A stretch of DNA of 64,000 nucleotides from a virus. Shown piece after piece: positions 13,101-20,133 of the stretch; within the stretch, counting starts at the first letter, position 1; every line of letters begins with the position of its first letter. The notes below the pieces were generated by a model. That model had not been told where the DNA came from, did not search any database, and saw only the letters and a program-made list of their open reading frames with translations. Both the position numbers and the translations under genes were made by a program. The stretch lies in the IMG/VR virus record IMGVR_UViG_3300037466_003065, positions 1-64,000 of that record. One strand, given 5' to 3'.

Positions 13101-13103
13101 TAA
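1128..13103 (+). CDS. Giant tail tape measure protein (TP901-like core) with appended domains, 3991 aa
   Basis: GGAG SD then GTG. TP901-family tape-measure signature at about nt 3640-4600 (DFEKGVTNVRKV...AVDFLTSAQKQY...LDAWNEIENTTGVSVKVLGDAMKRAG...GEMIGTSLKFMF). Ala/Gly/Gln-rich helical composition. FASGT...LHKGEVVLN motif at about 8017-8130, typical of TMP distal regions. Confidence 0.9.
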   Translation: MGLGRQWNLTIAVRTPQANMLSGIPRKMQEATAGIKTVAETAHKATASVGKSLGGELDSIKETVRALAQTVREVQQISRTTGGGMVIPKGSGDTRRYMARQLGMTDRDFETYTRPEGKRATGKPPVGGYFPNATVVGRERSYSQNDVTAMTLVARVTRPLAEKLDEVRDAIHDLKAQLGKDQLTKADWERIMTGLAKGATGSTRAFYQQERANLERQRKSAISAGEGPRPPSRGFASSIDPAHISYDFSKANNALRKGLEYVIHQVEQVADQFADFKADPQSYLKDVLATAKKTLGNKGKYVYQGIAQGLLDKDSMKPEYQEAAFLRAHFLKKQLQGTAVTTYLQGRFKDREDAEKAGRRYSPSEIRSADEQAGKRIVAKAGSLGEWSMAAGEDAGDKNAFGTGALAALVRQIKQLGNIDFSAGHTAFKKLADSVASANISQGNSFHPEHPLFNLIGRGSGVAAAKGPSTGGGSGDLAMAKVADKRGSSGVQAFESKEDLKALGGAFIKSLAMSLNEKPDGTYDDVKAGKMVRRFQKQDGGDIIQSIKDELSDTLFDPAKVEQELGRVLSSPAMRKFKQTMLETLEVNEDSFDEALKGKYQKPKPSQILELLGNTALQTTFPGITPETIRESMGVKKAKRAMAKADTIRSDDYAQHDADAFNFAMQRFAWQHYDKGVLDPFKQGKQKSDRFSPMQLVDEKFDEIIDIAKETIGPKGGDRDYVRRILADSFPAMVRMMHENPLLLGGKESEREQPQLRLAAEEQGQPRGQIGALPRLLDVIHEELKLHTSYLKTISEIHAQQPSVTGGAKKPKGLAERGSFLLDPGARTPHDNRVTQPQRFASAIDRVSAFGGAAAILYGGASELKTGFKLMVDFEKGVTNVRKVMNPLGADFRDLGKNAREMGQDLGKDLVEVTSGMAAFASQGQSMKDVLTNTRTALMATNVTTMELGEAVDFLTSAQKQYQMTASQGMRILDAWNEIENTTGVSVKVLGDAMKRAGTASRLAGVDFDTFTGLTAALAESTRKNGEMIGTSLKFMFQHVKDPKAIESLERVGVYIQDSAGNMKNARQSLGELAKMWPKLTDAQRENVAISVAGTEHLNDFMVAMEQWDRAMDLTVTSLTSQGSAQRENNILMETTAKKVDQVKAAWQGLWATFGETGALDVVRTLITQVDMLLKGVAKVNTMTGGLAGGMVGTFGAAGIALGGVSMLSGGVIPGIHGWATGKWGGTPGLNKPGAMDPLTRHVLENAALEPIALGAGRAERSSGASGSMVSPMQGMFRGARRYGLLGMMVGAGGKALYDSTIRQQKDGEMPSARDTAVDMGSSALTTASLIAMIAKPGAGIGGQGKGRLAAMLLAGLGGAATMASQYGAHADPTREKANAQSLDAIRQMSDRVQAARTGVRDIMKADGSGTLREDLDASKMQEVGDMVAALAPGIVKFNEAGEVMVDNVGDWAKALDDVTGSLRTSRTETLKARLSLEMNSKEVEEAVEKRSKLVSERYAKIQSGSMTKEGGLDYAARIGAQNSILRDRLTNPLRAAALSSGMEGGGYVLQGSGLKNLARQTGMPARTLQSLQLQGILQGATGSNMNVDAQLKAAGVDAMSVRYAQYERGGAIHDLTNNGAVAAKGGKDAEAFRKNNFVLSGFDQQFMGGVSVTAAEKLNKLVSRYEDAVERLTAKNDDMVRSLEFLNKSYEQSAYAHSLEGLAGSAASMGNLQRTLGTLATIRGNGGGALELPSKFSGPYQFQRQLEMMIGQVTARANTSGAISPTEQISIAKNSMLATRKFSQEFSKNVDRLIQSGGSSVDRAAGADESGMTAADYNLNYKAIVEAVGQRDAELLQSMATRRGELVRDGGSADEIATLTKQIRDIANGTFSQNSDRSVRRIADSFRGELDQYTGAARQGVSTLGAGYRFARAVGSAGSVDQYLQQPEVAKQVSGLRETYEAMKQFSKQAQDAADEVGRASGLQSNEYRTMSEMAKQAAAATHEMGAGLNNLSEQVNMSVEGMVKFQQRVDRIASISGMGGAFGQTGIASDQHAIDYLTGAIEKLYKEMQGAPDEQQAKYRERIEELNRKREAAQQDIAGRQDERGQLSEGLMSSILSRTMALRMGMDGGAGGKPYIDSQLQGVQEMLQRVIRQVNPKDFKSFDDVQGFAKKLEDAMGDAGKKFRDIALRSDTEYQKNYLLASPSSKALMDNVREMMRSGASAQEIMSDPYLAAAARQEPGIQSLLDKALQGEQDRAAFDLQKQMVDISKQGNGYLKGLYDVFSDYVKQHGGTPADFNTFQKNVLPPTSQDPTEKFASGTMAKAGNHAVDAQGRIRHDETYATLHKGEVVLNKQEADALLGNAYAKGTMPRSTSRKVFNATQGIVSDTEKMLADLPDATARKYAKMTAAMSSRPTEIPVKPLQLASFNRRDPRPIISTTFDELRENELRFATDTPRVPKHGIPLVTPYYDLAPTNAPTFQTPSLPAHREPIELYDLAPSNASRRPSLSTLSLADMGEVNPYELAAQNGKASPASQLPLSKQAIAEYDLAFQKSFKQLELADIDDSIYGLKKYKPDSTSLPLWMEEAKYSKIPVAHTAAIEDLATLDPHGPIPLSDLPARSGASPIALAGDGGHAAGSLPLSGVDPYALKSRRPPYPPGVAVRQPTPKVTVPMVDPYDLRPAGDYAYNINPLENADFGPRAATAPSFSRRQFLRAAREMKWAKSYWQSVVDGGKNTFGLVDEAGKGTALGKKATSAMRKMLGRNGLGLSAEQMASVLAMTGGNLGALPGNIRAFTTETSVTRGLLGELKLTGPQITFGNTAAGSRGGLAGRLVGTASHEASHALMSLLSNDMMAAGGLRGGNRKLQSQLWQAILADQSVEGRATRAYVAGRYGDLRKAAMQGKSEGLLMEMLAHRAQLASVTGEVPEYLRIAHAGNANVMSGLGKASEAGTLTQEHLGRVLSSVAESKSAQLAKAGFRGLKAAPTMEQLVLGVGGRGFGARALERMANPFGSGKLASAGNLAMLGMQVFGQSIANKMGVGKQYETYAQPVLDVYNTAQVMNNLYEGKGLIGLNTSGWATSMESRAAMAGGRMGQLYEGLGTAFRVGDKVGKFAGEVAAPIMAYQIARSGVGAGAYLLNKAGGISDQTYKNTKGGLEVLDEHMTSPLAFAGRQISNAGNFFTGKGWTSEAQKIQDAVDKGREMIEAQAIQMGTGWFTKNIATNGNGSIALDLVNAQAKMAEARSNFVLKSAIDTPLLVWSGGFDEEMKKLGVGGEGGQGGVSAKDLLAKQIANYETGADQMAALAKRFDDQVGHFGMTDDQKQIAASLGDRVAALRQKAADLRKSQDRENSWYGMQNIYAALTQSEGLEKTAAGMRQGGTAGSGSGGMGWAGFANLAGLIPDSDKGPLLSQGAVAAFKFIQAQTGKGDEATANLWGDAASKLTNPASTLGDLLNVLGSSSTSDLVEQIKKGGDFAGNAKMAQATKDKLEAAKKAEAALAGTSPKDAEKMINAYASFDQAVAALKNGGAYDDYQKRAKGFLDHGQAFLQSLQLTYKTGMSDADVKKLREKWYAERGQYESEYDGVRGVRSQLDAASQSIADLWPSLSPSAQAFYRQTAGMSDKDTFSPWRIAGRKDPMPMSRLDALMSSIESWDDNAAQQEALWGQAATAIDAKKKAEKMLLETKSAPGMRYGLARTLVDGNSKMMQVLFTGEKVNGLDEATANPERIAQVAARIQKQKEAFWDKQNRGDADVTALRRLALGGKLDSVDAFWDAASQQNKKLTGDAKQLAALNTAIDAARQGQGAQADISVADLEKQRAQFLTGSEYTESMLNQVNRLATGVETSVRETNRRAGVRDEILSNSMPLTPTPEEIAAENARRGLVLTDSVIPQRDAGGPTGSQWTTIQTGGPQPESVIVGSTIQKFNDAMQTVPDFMASVSNMDTMRQDAQAFRSEVGGVQSMNGSVTHTGHVVLDMSAGFEGMMRQLFDLLQKQTGQQTGFREGDSIPQFFEQQ

Positions 13104-13112
13104 GGATTTGAC

Positions 13113-13925
13113 ATGGCCTTGCCGGACATTAGCTGGACGAACAACCTGGGTACGATTTCGTTCCGCCGTGCCCTGCTCTCTGTCGCCGATGCGTGGCAGT
13201 GGGCAGGGCGCGGCGTGGTCACGACGAAGCAGATCCAGGTCGACGGCCACGTCAAGCAGGATTTCATCACCCCGGAGGGGAACGAGGCCGTCCTGAATGG
13301 CCCCGTTCTCGACAAGATGCGGGGCACCCGGGGCACGCTCGTGCTCCCGTGGGCCTCGATCCCCAACGTGAAGCTGACCGGCTTGGATTACCCGGTCGGC
13401 GTGTGGCTCGACTACCAGCCGGTCAGTGCGACGTTCGCCGACGATCATCCCGCCGGCGCCGCGTACACCCTCACCTACTTCGGCCTCCCCCTACTTAACC
13501 CCCGGATCGGCCAACCGATCCCGGCCCGCCCCCTCCGGGACGAGTACCTGCAGATGCCCCGCCAGCCGATCGGGCAGGTGTTCCTCCCCTCGTCGGCGGC
13601 CGGCGTGATGCGGACGAAGGGCGGGCACAAGCTGATGGCGATCTCGATCACGGGGGCGATCTCGGTGCCCAACGGCGTCCTGCCGACCAACCTCATCGAG
13701 ACGCTGATTCACCGCGCGAGCATGACCCCGGACTCGCTCGACCCGAACGTGCCCGCCGGCTACCCGGCCCCGTTCAACTTGGGCGACGCGATCCCGGAAC
13801 TGGCGAGCGACCTGAACTTTGCCAACTGCATTGTGGCGGAATCGAGGTTCTCATGGAAGGTTGAGCAGAACGTCGTGCAGGTGTCCCTCTCCCTGCTGTC
13901 GCAACCCCAGTTGGTGGAGGTGTAA
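13113..13925 (+). CDS. Putative tail/baseplate protein (distal-tail or tube-initiator position), 270 aa
   Basis: SD TAAGGA. First gene after the TMP, beta-strand-like sequence. Role by synteny. Confidence 0.55.
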   Translation: MALPDISWTNNLGTISFRRALLSVADAWQWAGRGVVTTKQIQVDGHVKQDFITPEGNEAVLNGPVLDKMRGTRGTLVLPWASIPNVKLTGLDYPVGVWLDYQPVSATFADDHPAGAAYTLTYFGLPLLNPRIGQPIPARPLRDEYLQMPRQPIGQVFLPSSAAGVMRTKGGHKLMAISITGAISVPNGVLPTNLIETLIHRASMTPDSLDPNVPAGYPAPFNLGDAIPELASDLNFANCIVAESRFSWKVEQNVVQVSLSLLSQPQLVEV

Positions 13926-13926
13926 C

Positions 13927-14856
13927 GTGTCGATCGTCAGCTTCGAAGCCATCAAGAAGGTCAACCCCGGTGAGGCGTCCGAGATCGCCGGGATCTCCGG
14001 CGCCCCGGTCGGGCCAACTACGGGGCATGCGGAGCGGCCGACCCTGTACGACGCAGACTGGGGTTATTTCAAGTTCGGCCAGTCGGTCGGTTTCACCTTC
14101 GACGAGGACGAGACGTACGAGACGGCGGCCGAGTTTACGATCGAGGGTGCCTTCACCCCAGAGGCCGAGAAGGCCCTCCATCCCGATCTCGACGACGCGA
14201 CCGAGGAGGAGATGTTCAACGCCCTCACAGCCCGATATGCGGCCCTGAAGGCATTGCTGGAGGCGGCCAAGAATGCGACCGCCCCGTCCGATTACGCCCA
14301 GTGGGGGACGGCTGCCGACCCCCGCCGCATCCTCCTGCCCCTCCCCTTGGTCGACAAGGACGGCCAGCGGATCGCGACGTTGCCGACGAGCCTCGCCCTG
14401 CAGCCCGGCCAGTACCCGCGGGTCGTCGAGTACCGGGCAACCCTCAAGGAGATCAAGCTCCCGGCCGCCAAGCTGGTGATCAACGGAAAGATCATCGACG
14501 ACGCCGTCGTGAACGTGACCTGTCCCCATCCGATCCTCTACCGCCACTCGCTGGTCGGCTGCTCGGGCGAAGTGATCCAGGTCGGCAACTACACGGTCGC
14601 CGAGTACGACATCAGCGGCACGACGCCCAACCCGGTTGCCACGGACGACCTACTGACGGACGACAACAAGACCCTCCTGAAGGAGCTGGGCAACAACCAA
14701 CTCACGGTCGGCGTCGTCCGGCTGGCGGCGGCCGGCGGCCAGGTGGTGGGCAACAACGACCTGTGGACGAACCTTGACGTCGACGAGGGCTCCGGGGCCG
14801 ACCTGTCGCTCCACGAGCCGGTATTGAACTGGGCCATTAAGGCCAAGGCACGGTAA
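13927..14856 (+). CDS. Putative tail/baseplate protein, 309 aa (start corrected to GTG 13927)
   Basis: GTG 1 nt after the upstream TAA gives MSIVSFEAIKKV. The track's 5' extension overlaps the previous gene. Its TAA overlaps the next ATG. Confidence 0.6.
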   Translation: MSIVSFEAIKKVNPGEASEIAGISGAPVGPTTGHAERPTLYDADWGYFKFGQSVGFTFDEDETYETAAEFTIEGAFTPEAEKALHPDLDDATEEEMFNALTARYAALKALLEAAKNATAPSDYAQWGTAADPRRILLPLPLVDKDGQRIATLPTSLALQPGQYPRVVEYRATLKEIKLPAAKLVINGKIIDDAVVNVTCPHPILYRHSLVGCSGEVIQVGNYTVAEYDISGTTPNPVATDDLLTDDNKTLLKELGNNQLTVGVVRLAAAGGQVVGNNDLWTNLDVDEGSGADLSLHEPVLNWAIKAKAR

Positions 14857-17800
14857 TGCTCCAGACCCCCACACAACAGCGTGCGACCCCCGCCTCCCAC
14901 GGTATCCGCAACTTCGGGTACCGGGTGGAGTTCGCCAAGGACATCGACCCCCTCTCGTTCGGCAACCCGTGGGGGCCGTGGGAGGAGCGCGTCGCCGTCC
15001 TGATCTCGTTCGAGGAGGGGTACGGCGCCCAGCAGTATTGTGCCCGGTTCAAGATGTTCGACTCCAAGTCGACGCAGGCCCCGCACATCGTCGCCAACCG
15101 CGACAAGCTGATGGCCACGCCCCGCAACGGGGACATGGTGCAGATCTGGCTGTACGACGACGAGCACCCGACCGGCATCCTGAAGTTCAAGGGGGCGATC
15201 CGCAGCGTCCACAACTCACGCGGCGAGTCCGGCGTCGAGTACGTCTGCGAGGCCATCAGCGACGTGACCCGGCTGAACGAGCTGCACGTCACGTTCGTCG
15301 CGAACCTGAAGAACAACCCGATCAACCCCGTGCCGAAGTTCGACCCCGACCTCGGCTACCTCGTGCACGCCAGGCAGTTCACGGTCGCCGAGCTGATCGA
15401 GCAGGTGCTGGCGTTCCCCGACGCCTTCGGCCGCCCGCAGTTCTGGCGGTACGAGGACATCGACTGGAGCGACCTAGAGACCGACCCCCGGTGCGGCGGG
15501 TTCGTCCCGACCAACGTCACGTTCAACAACACCAAGAAGGGCGACGCGATCGAGCAGCTCCTGCAGATGGCCGGCAACTACACGTTCGTGTACGTGCCGC
15601 GGAGCGACGGGTGGGACTACATCAAGGTCGTCGAGATCAACCTCGCCTGCAACCGGTGCGGCGACCCGTACGACATCACGTTCGTGAACACGGACACGAC
15701 CGTCGCCGACTACCTGACGCCGATGGCGTCGCAATTCACGGTGAAGCAGGACGAGACGGAGTGGACGTCGAAGCAGACGGCCAACGTGTGCCGCGTGATC
15801 GGCGGCCCGATCAAGTTCTTCTCCGGCTTCTACATGATCCCGGAGATCCTCAACAACTGGACGGGCGACGCCCAGGCCGATACCCGCCACATCTTCCCCA
15901 TTTACAACGACACGGGCGAGAAGCAGCGGGCCCGCGCGGTCAGCCCGGACGGGGCCAACTACCGGTTCACCTTCAAGTTCAAGACGACCGAGGACAAGCG
16001 GAAGCGGAAGCAGTACCCCGTGGGCCTGCCACTGTTCCCGGACTGGAACGTCCACGAGGACTATCTTCCCCAGCTCATCGAGTTCCACAACGTCCACCTG
16101 CCCACGCCGGCGCCCGTCGACAAGAACGGGCACACGATGACGGCGGCCGACTACACGCACCTGGTCGAGTGGGGGCCGATGACGATCGGCGACCTGCTGA
16201 CGCGGCCGGGGCCGGGGCGGCTCAACCACCTCGACAACCTCCGCACGTATCAGGCGTGGATGACCCGAGAGTCGTGCCCCGCGTGCAACGGGACGGGCAA
16301 TGTCAAGAAGGTCTACAACAACGACGCGAACGAGCCCCAAGTGGCGTTCTACGCCGTCAAGCCGGACGGCACGGAGCGACTGCTGGAAAACGCGATGGCC
16401 GCCGGGTTCACGCTGAACGACGGCGAGCGGATCATCCCGCGCGTCACCAACTACCTCTTCGACCCCAAGAAGTTCGGCGAGGTGCAGCCGGGGACGACCA
16501 CGCTCTGGCCGTCGACCGGCCTGACGCCGTTCGACCCCACGGACGCCAGCGACCCCGTCGTGCAGGCCACGGGCGGATACCCGCTCCCGTGGAAGAACCT
16601 CTGCCCGTACTGCCGCGGGGTCGGGATGAAGCCCGAGTACAAGATCCGGAACATCTCCCCCGAGCTGTACTCGGGCCGCAACAACAAGGCGGTCTCGCCG
16701 GGCGGCGACAAGTTCGAGATCTCGATCGACCCCGACGCGACGGCCGGCGACCCGGAGACGTGGGAGCAGAGCAACAACCGCGTCGTCCTGAGCTCGGGGC
16801 CGTTCCTCCAGGTCGAGCAGGCCCTCGACTTCATCTACCTGCCGACCTACGCCCACCGGAACGAGGCGTTCGACGTGATCGGCGGCCTGTCGCCCGAGCT
16901 GCGGACGAAGAGGTTTCCGCACCCGCTCCAGTTCACGACCATCACGAGCATGCTGGCTGGCCGGTTCAACGTGTCGAGCGACCAGTCCAAGCTCGTGCCC
17001 TCCGACTGGAGCAGCCTCGTCTCGCACACGACGGTAATGATGGCCCACCCGCCCCACCAGATCGACCACAAGATGGGCCGCGTGCTCTTCCAGAGCCCCG
17101 TGTTCATTCCGTGCCGCAAGCAGTTCAAGACGATCGCCATGTTCAACGACCGGAAGACCGGGCCGCAGATGGTGATCACGTCGGACGGCCTGGTCTCGTA
17201 CCGGCCGACCCACGCCGACACGTCGGACTCGGCCGCCCGCCCGACCGGGTACTGGCGCCCGGCCCGGGTGTGGATGACGTTCTGCTACGAGAAGGATCTC
17301 TGGTACAAGCAGCTCCTGACCGACCCGGACGGGAACGAGATCCCGTCCACGCTGGTCGACGCGACCACGCCGGACGGCGACGTCGCCACCTACGAATGCC
17401 GGGGCATGGTGATCGACGGCCGGCTCGCGCTCGAGGTGCAGAAGGTGACCGTCGAGACCACGCCGGAGGGGGACGTCCTCACGTACGGCACGGGCAACCG
17501 CACGCTGCAGACGTGCATCGAGGACGCCTCGGCCTACATTCAGACCGCCGAGACCGACCTGTACAAGATGGTCGTGCCGCCCTCGATCGACCTGACGAGC
17601 GAGGAGTACGTGCAGGCCAAGATCGACGCCGGCCTCGACTTCCCGCAGGGCCGCCTGCTCAAGTTCGAGCGGACGACGCCGGGCGAGGAGATCTACGAGA
17701 TGGCGGGGTACGGGAGCAGCGACTACTTCAACAGCACGTCGCGGCCCAAGCCCTACGTGTGGACGCTGAAGGACGACCGGATGAAGCTCCTCGCACTGGG

Positions 17801-18200
17801 CATCCGTACGTTGGAGTCGACCAACGACATCCTGGTCTCGGGCTCCTTGTCGCTGGTCAGCAAGTCGGTGCACGACACGTCGCTCGGCCTCGGGTTCGTC
17901 GACTACCCCGACCGGGGCAAGGCGGCCGTGAAGCGGGTCACGTACCGCTTCGACTCGGGCTTCGTGACCGTGCTGGAGCTGGCCCGGGAGAAGGCCCGGT
18001 TCGGCCAGCTCCCACCGAACGAGAAGGAGCTCGTCCAGCAGGTGATCAAGGACGTCACGGATCTCAAGCGACAGAGCGTCCTGCTCGCCCAGATCAACGC
18101 GAACGGGCTGAACACGAATACGCTGCCCGGGCGTGACGATAATGGGAGGGGCGGGGGCGACGTTGGTGGAATTGGCTCGAACCGGTTCTTCGTCCGGTAG
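14856..18200 (+). CDS. Putative baseplate hub-like protein with a split DnaJ-type zinc finger, 1114 aa
   Basis: The N-terminal pattern (FKGAIRSV...VEYVCEA...FTVAELIEQVL...TKKGDAIEQLLQMAGNYTF) recalls GpD/gp27-like hubs. CPACNGTG at 16275-16298 and CPYCRGVG at 16602-16625. Confidence 0.6.
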   Translation: MLQTPTQQRATPASHGIRNFGYRVEFAKDIDPLSFGNPWGPWEERVAVLISFEEGYGAQQYCARFKMFDSKSTQAPHIVANRDKLMATPRNGDMVQIWLYDDEHPTGILKFKGAIRSVHNSRGESGVEYVCEAISDVTRLNELHVTFVANLKNNPINPVPKFDPDLGYLVHARQFTVAELIEQVLAFPDAFGRPQFWRYEDIDWSDLETDPRCGGFVPTNVTFNNTKKGDAIEQLLQMAGNYTFVYVPRSDGWDYIKVVEINLACNRCGDPYDITFVNTDTTVADYLTPMASQFTVKQDETEWTSKQTANVCRVIGGPIKFFSGFYMIPEILNNWTGDAQADTRHIFPIYNDTGEKQRARAVSPDGANYRFTFKFKTTEDKRKRKQYPVGLPLFPDWNVHEDYLPQLIEFHNVHLPTPAPVDKNGHTMTAADYTHLVEWGPMTIGDLLTRPGPGRLNHLDNLRTYQAWMTRESCPACNGTGNVKKVYNNDANEPQVAFYAVKPDGTERLLENAMAAGFTLNDGERIIPRVTNYLFDPKKFGEVQPGTTTLWPSTGLTPFDPTDASDPVVQATGGYPLPWKNLCPYCRGVGMKPEYKIRNISPELYSGRNNKAVSPGGDKFEISIDPDATAGDPETWEQSNNRVVLSSGPFLQVEQALDFIYLPTYAHRNEAFDVIGGLSPELRTKRFPHPLQFTTITSMLAGRFNVSSDQSKLVPSDWSSLVSHTTVMMAHPPHQIDHKMGRVLFQSPVFIPCRKQFKTIAMFNDRKTGPQMVITSDGLVSYRPTHADTSDSAARPTGYWRPARVWMTFCYEKDLWYKQLLTDPDGNEIPSTLVDATTPDGDVATYECRGMVIDGRLALEVQKVTVETTPEGDVLTYGTGNRTLQTCIEDASAYIQTAETDLYKMVVPPSIDLTSEEYVQAKIDAGLDFPQGRLLKFERTTPGEEIYEMAGYGSSDYFNSTSRPKPYVWTLKDDRMKLLALGIRTLESTNDILVSGSLSLVSKSVHDTSLGLGFVDYPDRGKAAVKRVTYRFDSGFVTVLELAREKARFGQLPPNEKELVQQVIKDVTDLKRQSVLLAQINANGLNTNTLPGRDDNGRGGGDVGGIGSNRFFVR

Positions 18201-18217
18201 ATTTTTGGAGGTGTGCG

Positions 18218-18613
18218 ATGACCGAGGGTGAACTGATCGATTTGACAGCCCGGCAGCTCGCCAGTGGCCTGATCCGGGCGATCTGTGCGGCCCAAGGGGT
18301 CAGCAGCGAGGATGCAAAGACGGCGTTCCGGATCCCGTGGCACAAAATGCACTTTCACGACGCCTCGCAGGCCGAGATCGCGTGGAACGACGTGCAGGCG
18401 ATCAAGTCCTACAACGAGGTCACCGGTGAAAATATTCCGGTGCCATTAGTTGCAACTGAAGGTTACAACCGGCACTATCATCGCTCTGAAACCGATGGTG
18501 GTTACATCGCCGGTATGGGGCCGCATGACCATCGCGACAATTTCAATGGTGGAATCTGCTTTGCGGCATTTCACCCCGGGACTGCACTCCCACAAATGCC
18601 GTTCTCTGTATAA
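18218..18613 (+). CDS. Small His-rich protein with two HxH motifs, candidate spike tip, 131 aa
   Basis: SD GGAGGT. HYH at 18473-18481 and HDH at 18524-18532. Follows the hub-like gene. Confidence 0.55.
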   Translation: MTEGELIDLTARQLASGLIRAICAAQGVSSEDAKTAFRIPWHKMHFHDASQAEIAWNDVQAIKSYNEVTGENIPVPLVATEGYNRHYHRSETDGGYIAGMGPHDHRDNFNGGICFAAFHPGTALPQMPFSV

Positions 18614-18648
18614 CTTATGAACAATCCCGCGAATGGAACACGTCAAAG

Positions 18649-18678
18649 CTAAGCATTCGCGTGCTTACATGCCGATAC
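18649..18678 (+). promoter_or_regulatory. Sigma-28/WhiG-type promoter candidate (CTAAG...GCCGATAC)
   Basis: CTAAG at 18649-18653, a 17-nt spacer, GCCGATAC at 18671-18678, then exactly 7 nt to ATG 18686 with no SD. Confidence 0.6.
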
Positions 18679-18685
18679 AACCGGC

Positions 18686-19636
18686 ATGACCCGAGAAGAA
18701 AAACGAAAGGCTGCCGAGCTTCGGCGACGCGAGAGGCTCCAGCGTGAGAAGGGTGTGGTCGAGCAGTACAGGCAAGGCGTGCCCGTTCGTGAAATCACGG
18801 GTGCGGACATGGTCAATTTGTATCGCATACTGCGGCGGCACGGGGTTCCTGTTGCAAGAAAAGTAAGGCCCGACCTTTCCGTTGCTCGCATGGTGCCCAT
18901 GTACAAGTCCGGCATGGGCATCGAAGAGATAGCCACAGATCTCCAATGCAGCAGCTCGACCGTGTGGAAGCGGCTCAAGGGTCATGTGACCTTTCGCTCA
19001 TCCCACAAATCCGGCCCCGAGCACTGGAACTGGAAGGGCGGCTGCAACACAGGATGGGATGACCTGCGAGCCTCGCCCGCGTACCAGGCGTGGAAGGCTG
19101 CCGTTCATGCTCGCGACGGCGACGTGTGTCAGCTTTGCTCAGAACAGACTCTGGCGCCACATGCCCACCACATCATCATGAAGGTGGTGTCGCCAGAGCT
19201 GGTGTTCGAAGTGTCCAACGGCATCACGCTTTGCCCGCGGTGCCATAACTCGATCGTCAATACCCGCGAGGGCATCTTTGAGCCCTTCTTTCAGGACGCT
19301 GTCTCGACTGGTGGGCCGCTCCCGACGAGTATCTTCCGCTGGTTCGCCGAGGTACTCCTCGACATCCAACCTGCCCCTTGTGCCTGCGGCTGTGGTGATC
19401 TGACTCGGATCTTTCACGGGAAGCCCAACAAGTACATAGTTGGGCATCACGCTCGCGGCCGCAGGATGAGCGAGGGTCAGCGGGCGGCCATGCAGCGTCA
19501 CTGGTTCAAATCATTTCCGCAGGATCTGGTCGACAAGGTGCTCGCCCGCCGCGGAACGCCTCAGCGGAAGATTGCCAAGGAACTCAATGTGTCGCAGGGG
19601 TGGGTGTCCAAGATTCTGCTGCAGAACCCCGCCTAA
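18686..19636 (+). CDS. Free-standing HNH homing endonuclease with HTH and CxCGC/NUMOD-like modules, 316 aa
   Basis: CQLC...HAHH...NGITLCPRCHN HNH core, HWNWKGG motif, HTH-like MGIEEIATDLQCSSSTVWKRL and QRKIAKELNVSQGWVSKIL, and CACGCG. Lower GC than the flanks. Confidence 0.85.
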   Translation: MTREEKRKAAELRRRERLQREKGVVEQYRQGVPVREITGADMVNLYRILRRHGVPVARKVRPDLSVARMVPMYKSGMGIEEIATDLQCSSSTVWKRLKGHVTFRSSHKSGPEHWNWKGGCNTGWDDLRASPAYQAWKAAVHARDGDVCQLCSEQTLAPHAHHIIMKVVSPELVFEVSNGITLCPRCHNSIVNTREGIFEPFFQDAVSTGGPLPTSIFRWFAEVLLDIQPAPCACGCGDLTRIFHGKPNKYIVGHHARGRRMSEGQRAAMQRHWFKSFPQDLVDKVLARRGTPQRKIAKELNVSQGWVSKILLQNPA

Positions 19637-19640
19637 CTCG

Positions 19641-19670
19641 CGAAAGCCCAACCCCTCATCCAGCCGATCC
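19641..19670 (+). promoter_or_regulatory. Sigma-28/WhiG-type promoter candidate (CGAAAG...GCCGATCC)
   Basis: CGAAAG at 19641-19646, GCCGATCC at 19663-19670, then 7 nt to ATG 19678 with no SD. Confidence 0.5.
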
Positions 19671-19677
19671 TAATCCC

Positions 19678-20127
19678 ATGCGTTATTTCCGCGTCACCAA
19701 GGACGTCCTGCTTGACGAAGACGAGGATCAGACCCTGAAGGTCGGGGCGATCGGTGAGTTCGACGACACTACCGAATACTGCGAGTTCAAGGCCGACGAC
19801 ATCACCAACCTGCCGGAAAACACCCGCGCGGTGGTTAGCCAGGACGCGATGCTGCTTCACAAGGGCAGCTTCGTCGAGGTCGACGAGGACGGCGACCCCT
19901 TGGCTGACCCGATCCCGTTCTTCCAAACGCACATGGTCTCGGCGCCGCTGACCCACGTCGAGAAGGGTCGCCGCGTGCTCGCCGACATGGGCCGGGCTGA
20001 GGCGGTCAAGGAGCTGGGCGGCGAGACCGACCTGACCCTCGCCGACGCCGAGGTCGACCGCGTCGCCGGCAGGGTCTTCTTCATCTGGGCCCGAAAGGTG
20101 CACTTTACGGGCAAGCTGAACCGATAG
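19678..20127 (+). CDS. Hypothetical acidic protein, 149 aa (start corrected to ATG 19678)
   Basis: GC3 bias begins at MRYFRVTKD. The track's TTG/upstream extension overlaps the HNH gene. Confidence 0.7.
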   Translation: MRYFRVTKDVLLDEDEDQTLKVGAIGEFDDTTEYCEFKADDITNLPENTRAVVSQDAMLLHKGSFVEVDEDGDPLADPIPFFQTHMVSAPLTHVEKGRRVLADMGRAEAVKELGGETDLTLADAEVDRVAGRVFFIWARKVHFTGKLNR

Positions 20128-20133
20128 TTCAGC

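Noticed and set aside
14969-18136. Long Arg/Pro-rich alternative-frame ORFs on the sense strand (also 32733-35390, 23313-25079)
   Set aside because: These are frame-shift artefacts of GC3 bias, with implausible R/P/G-rich composition.
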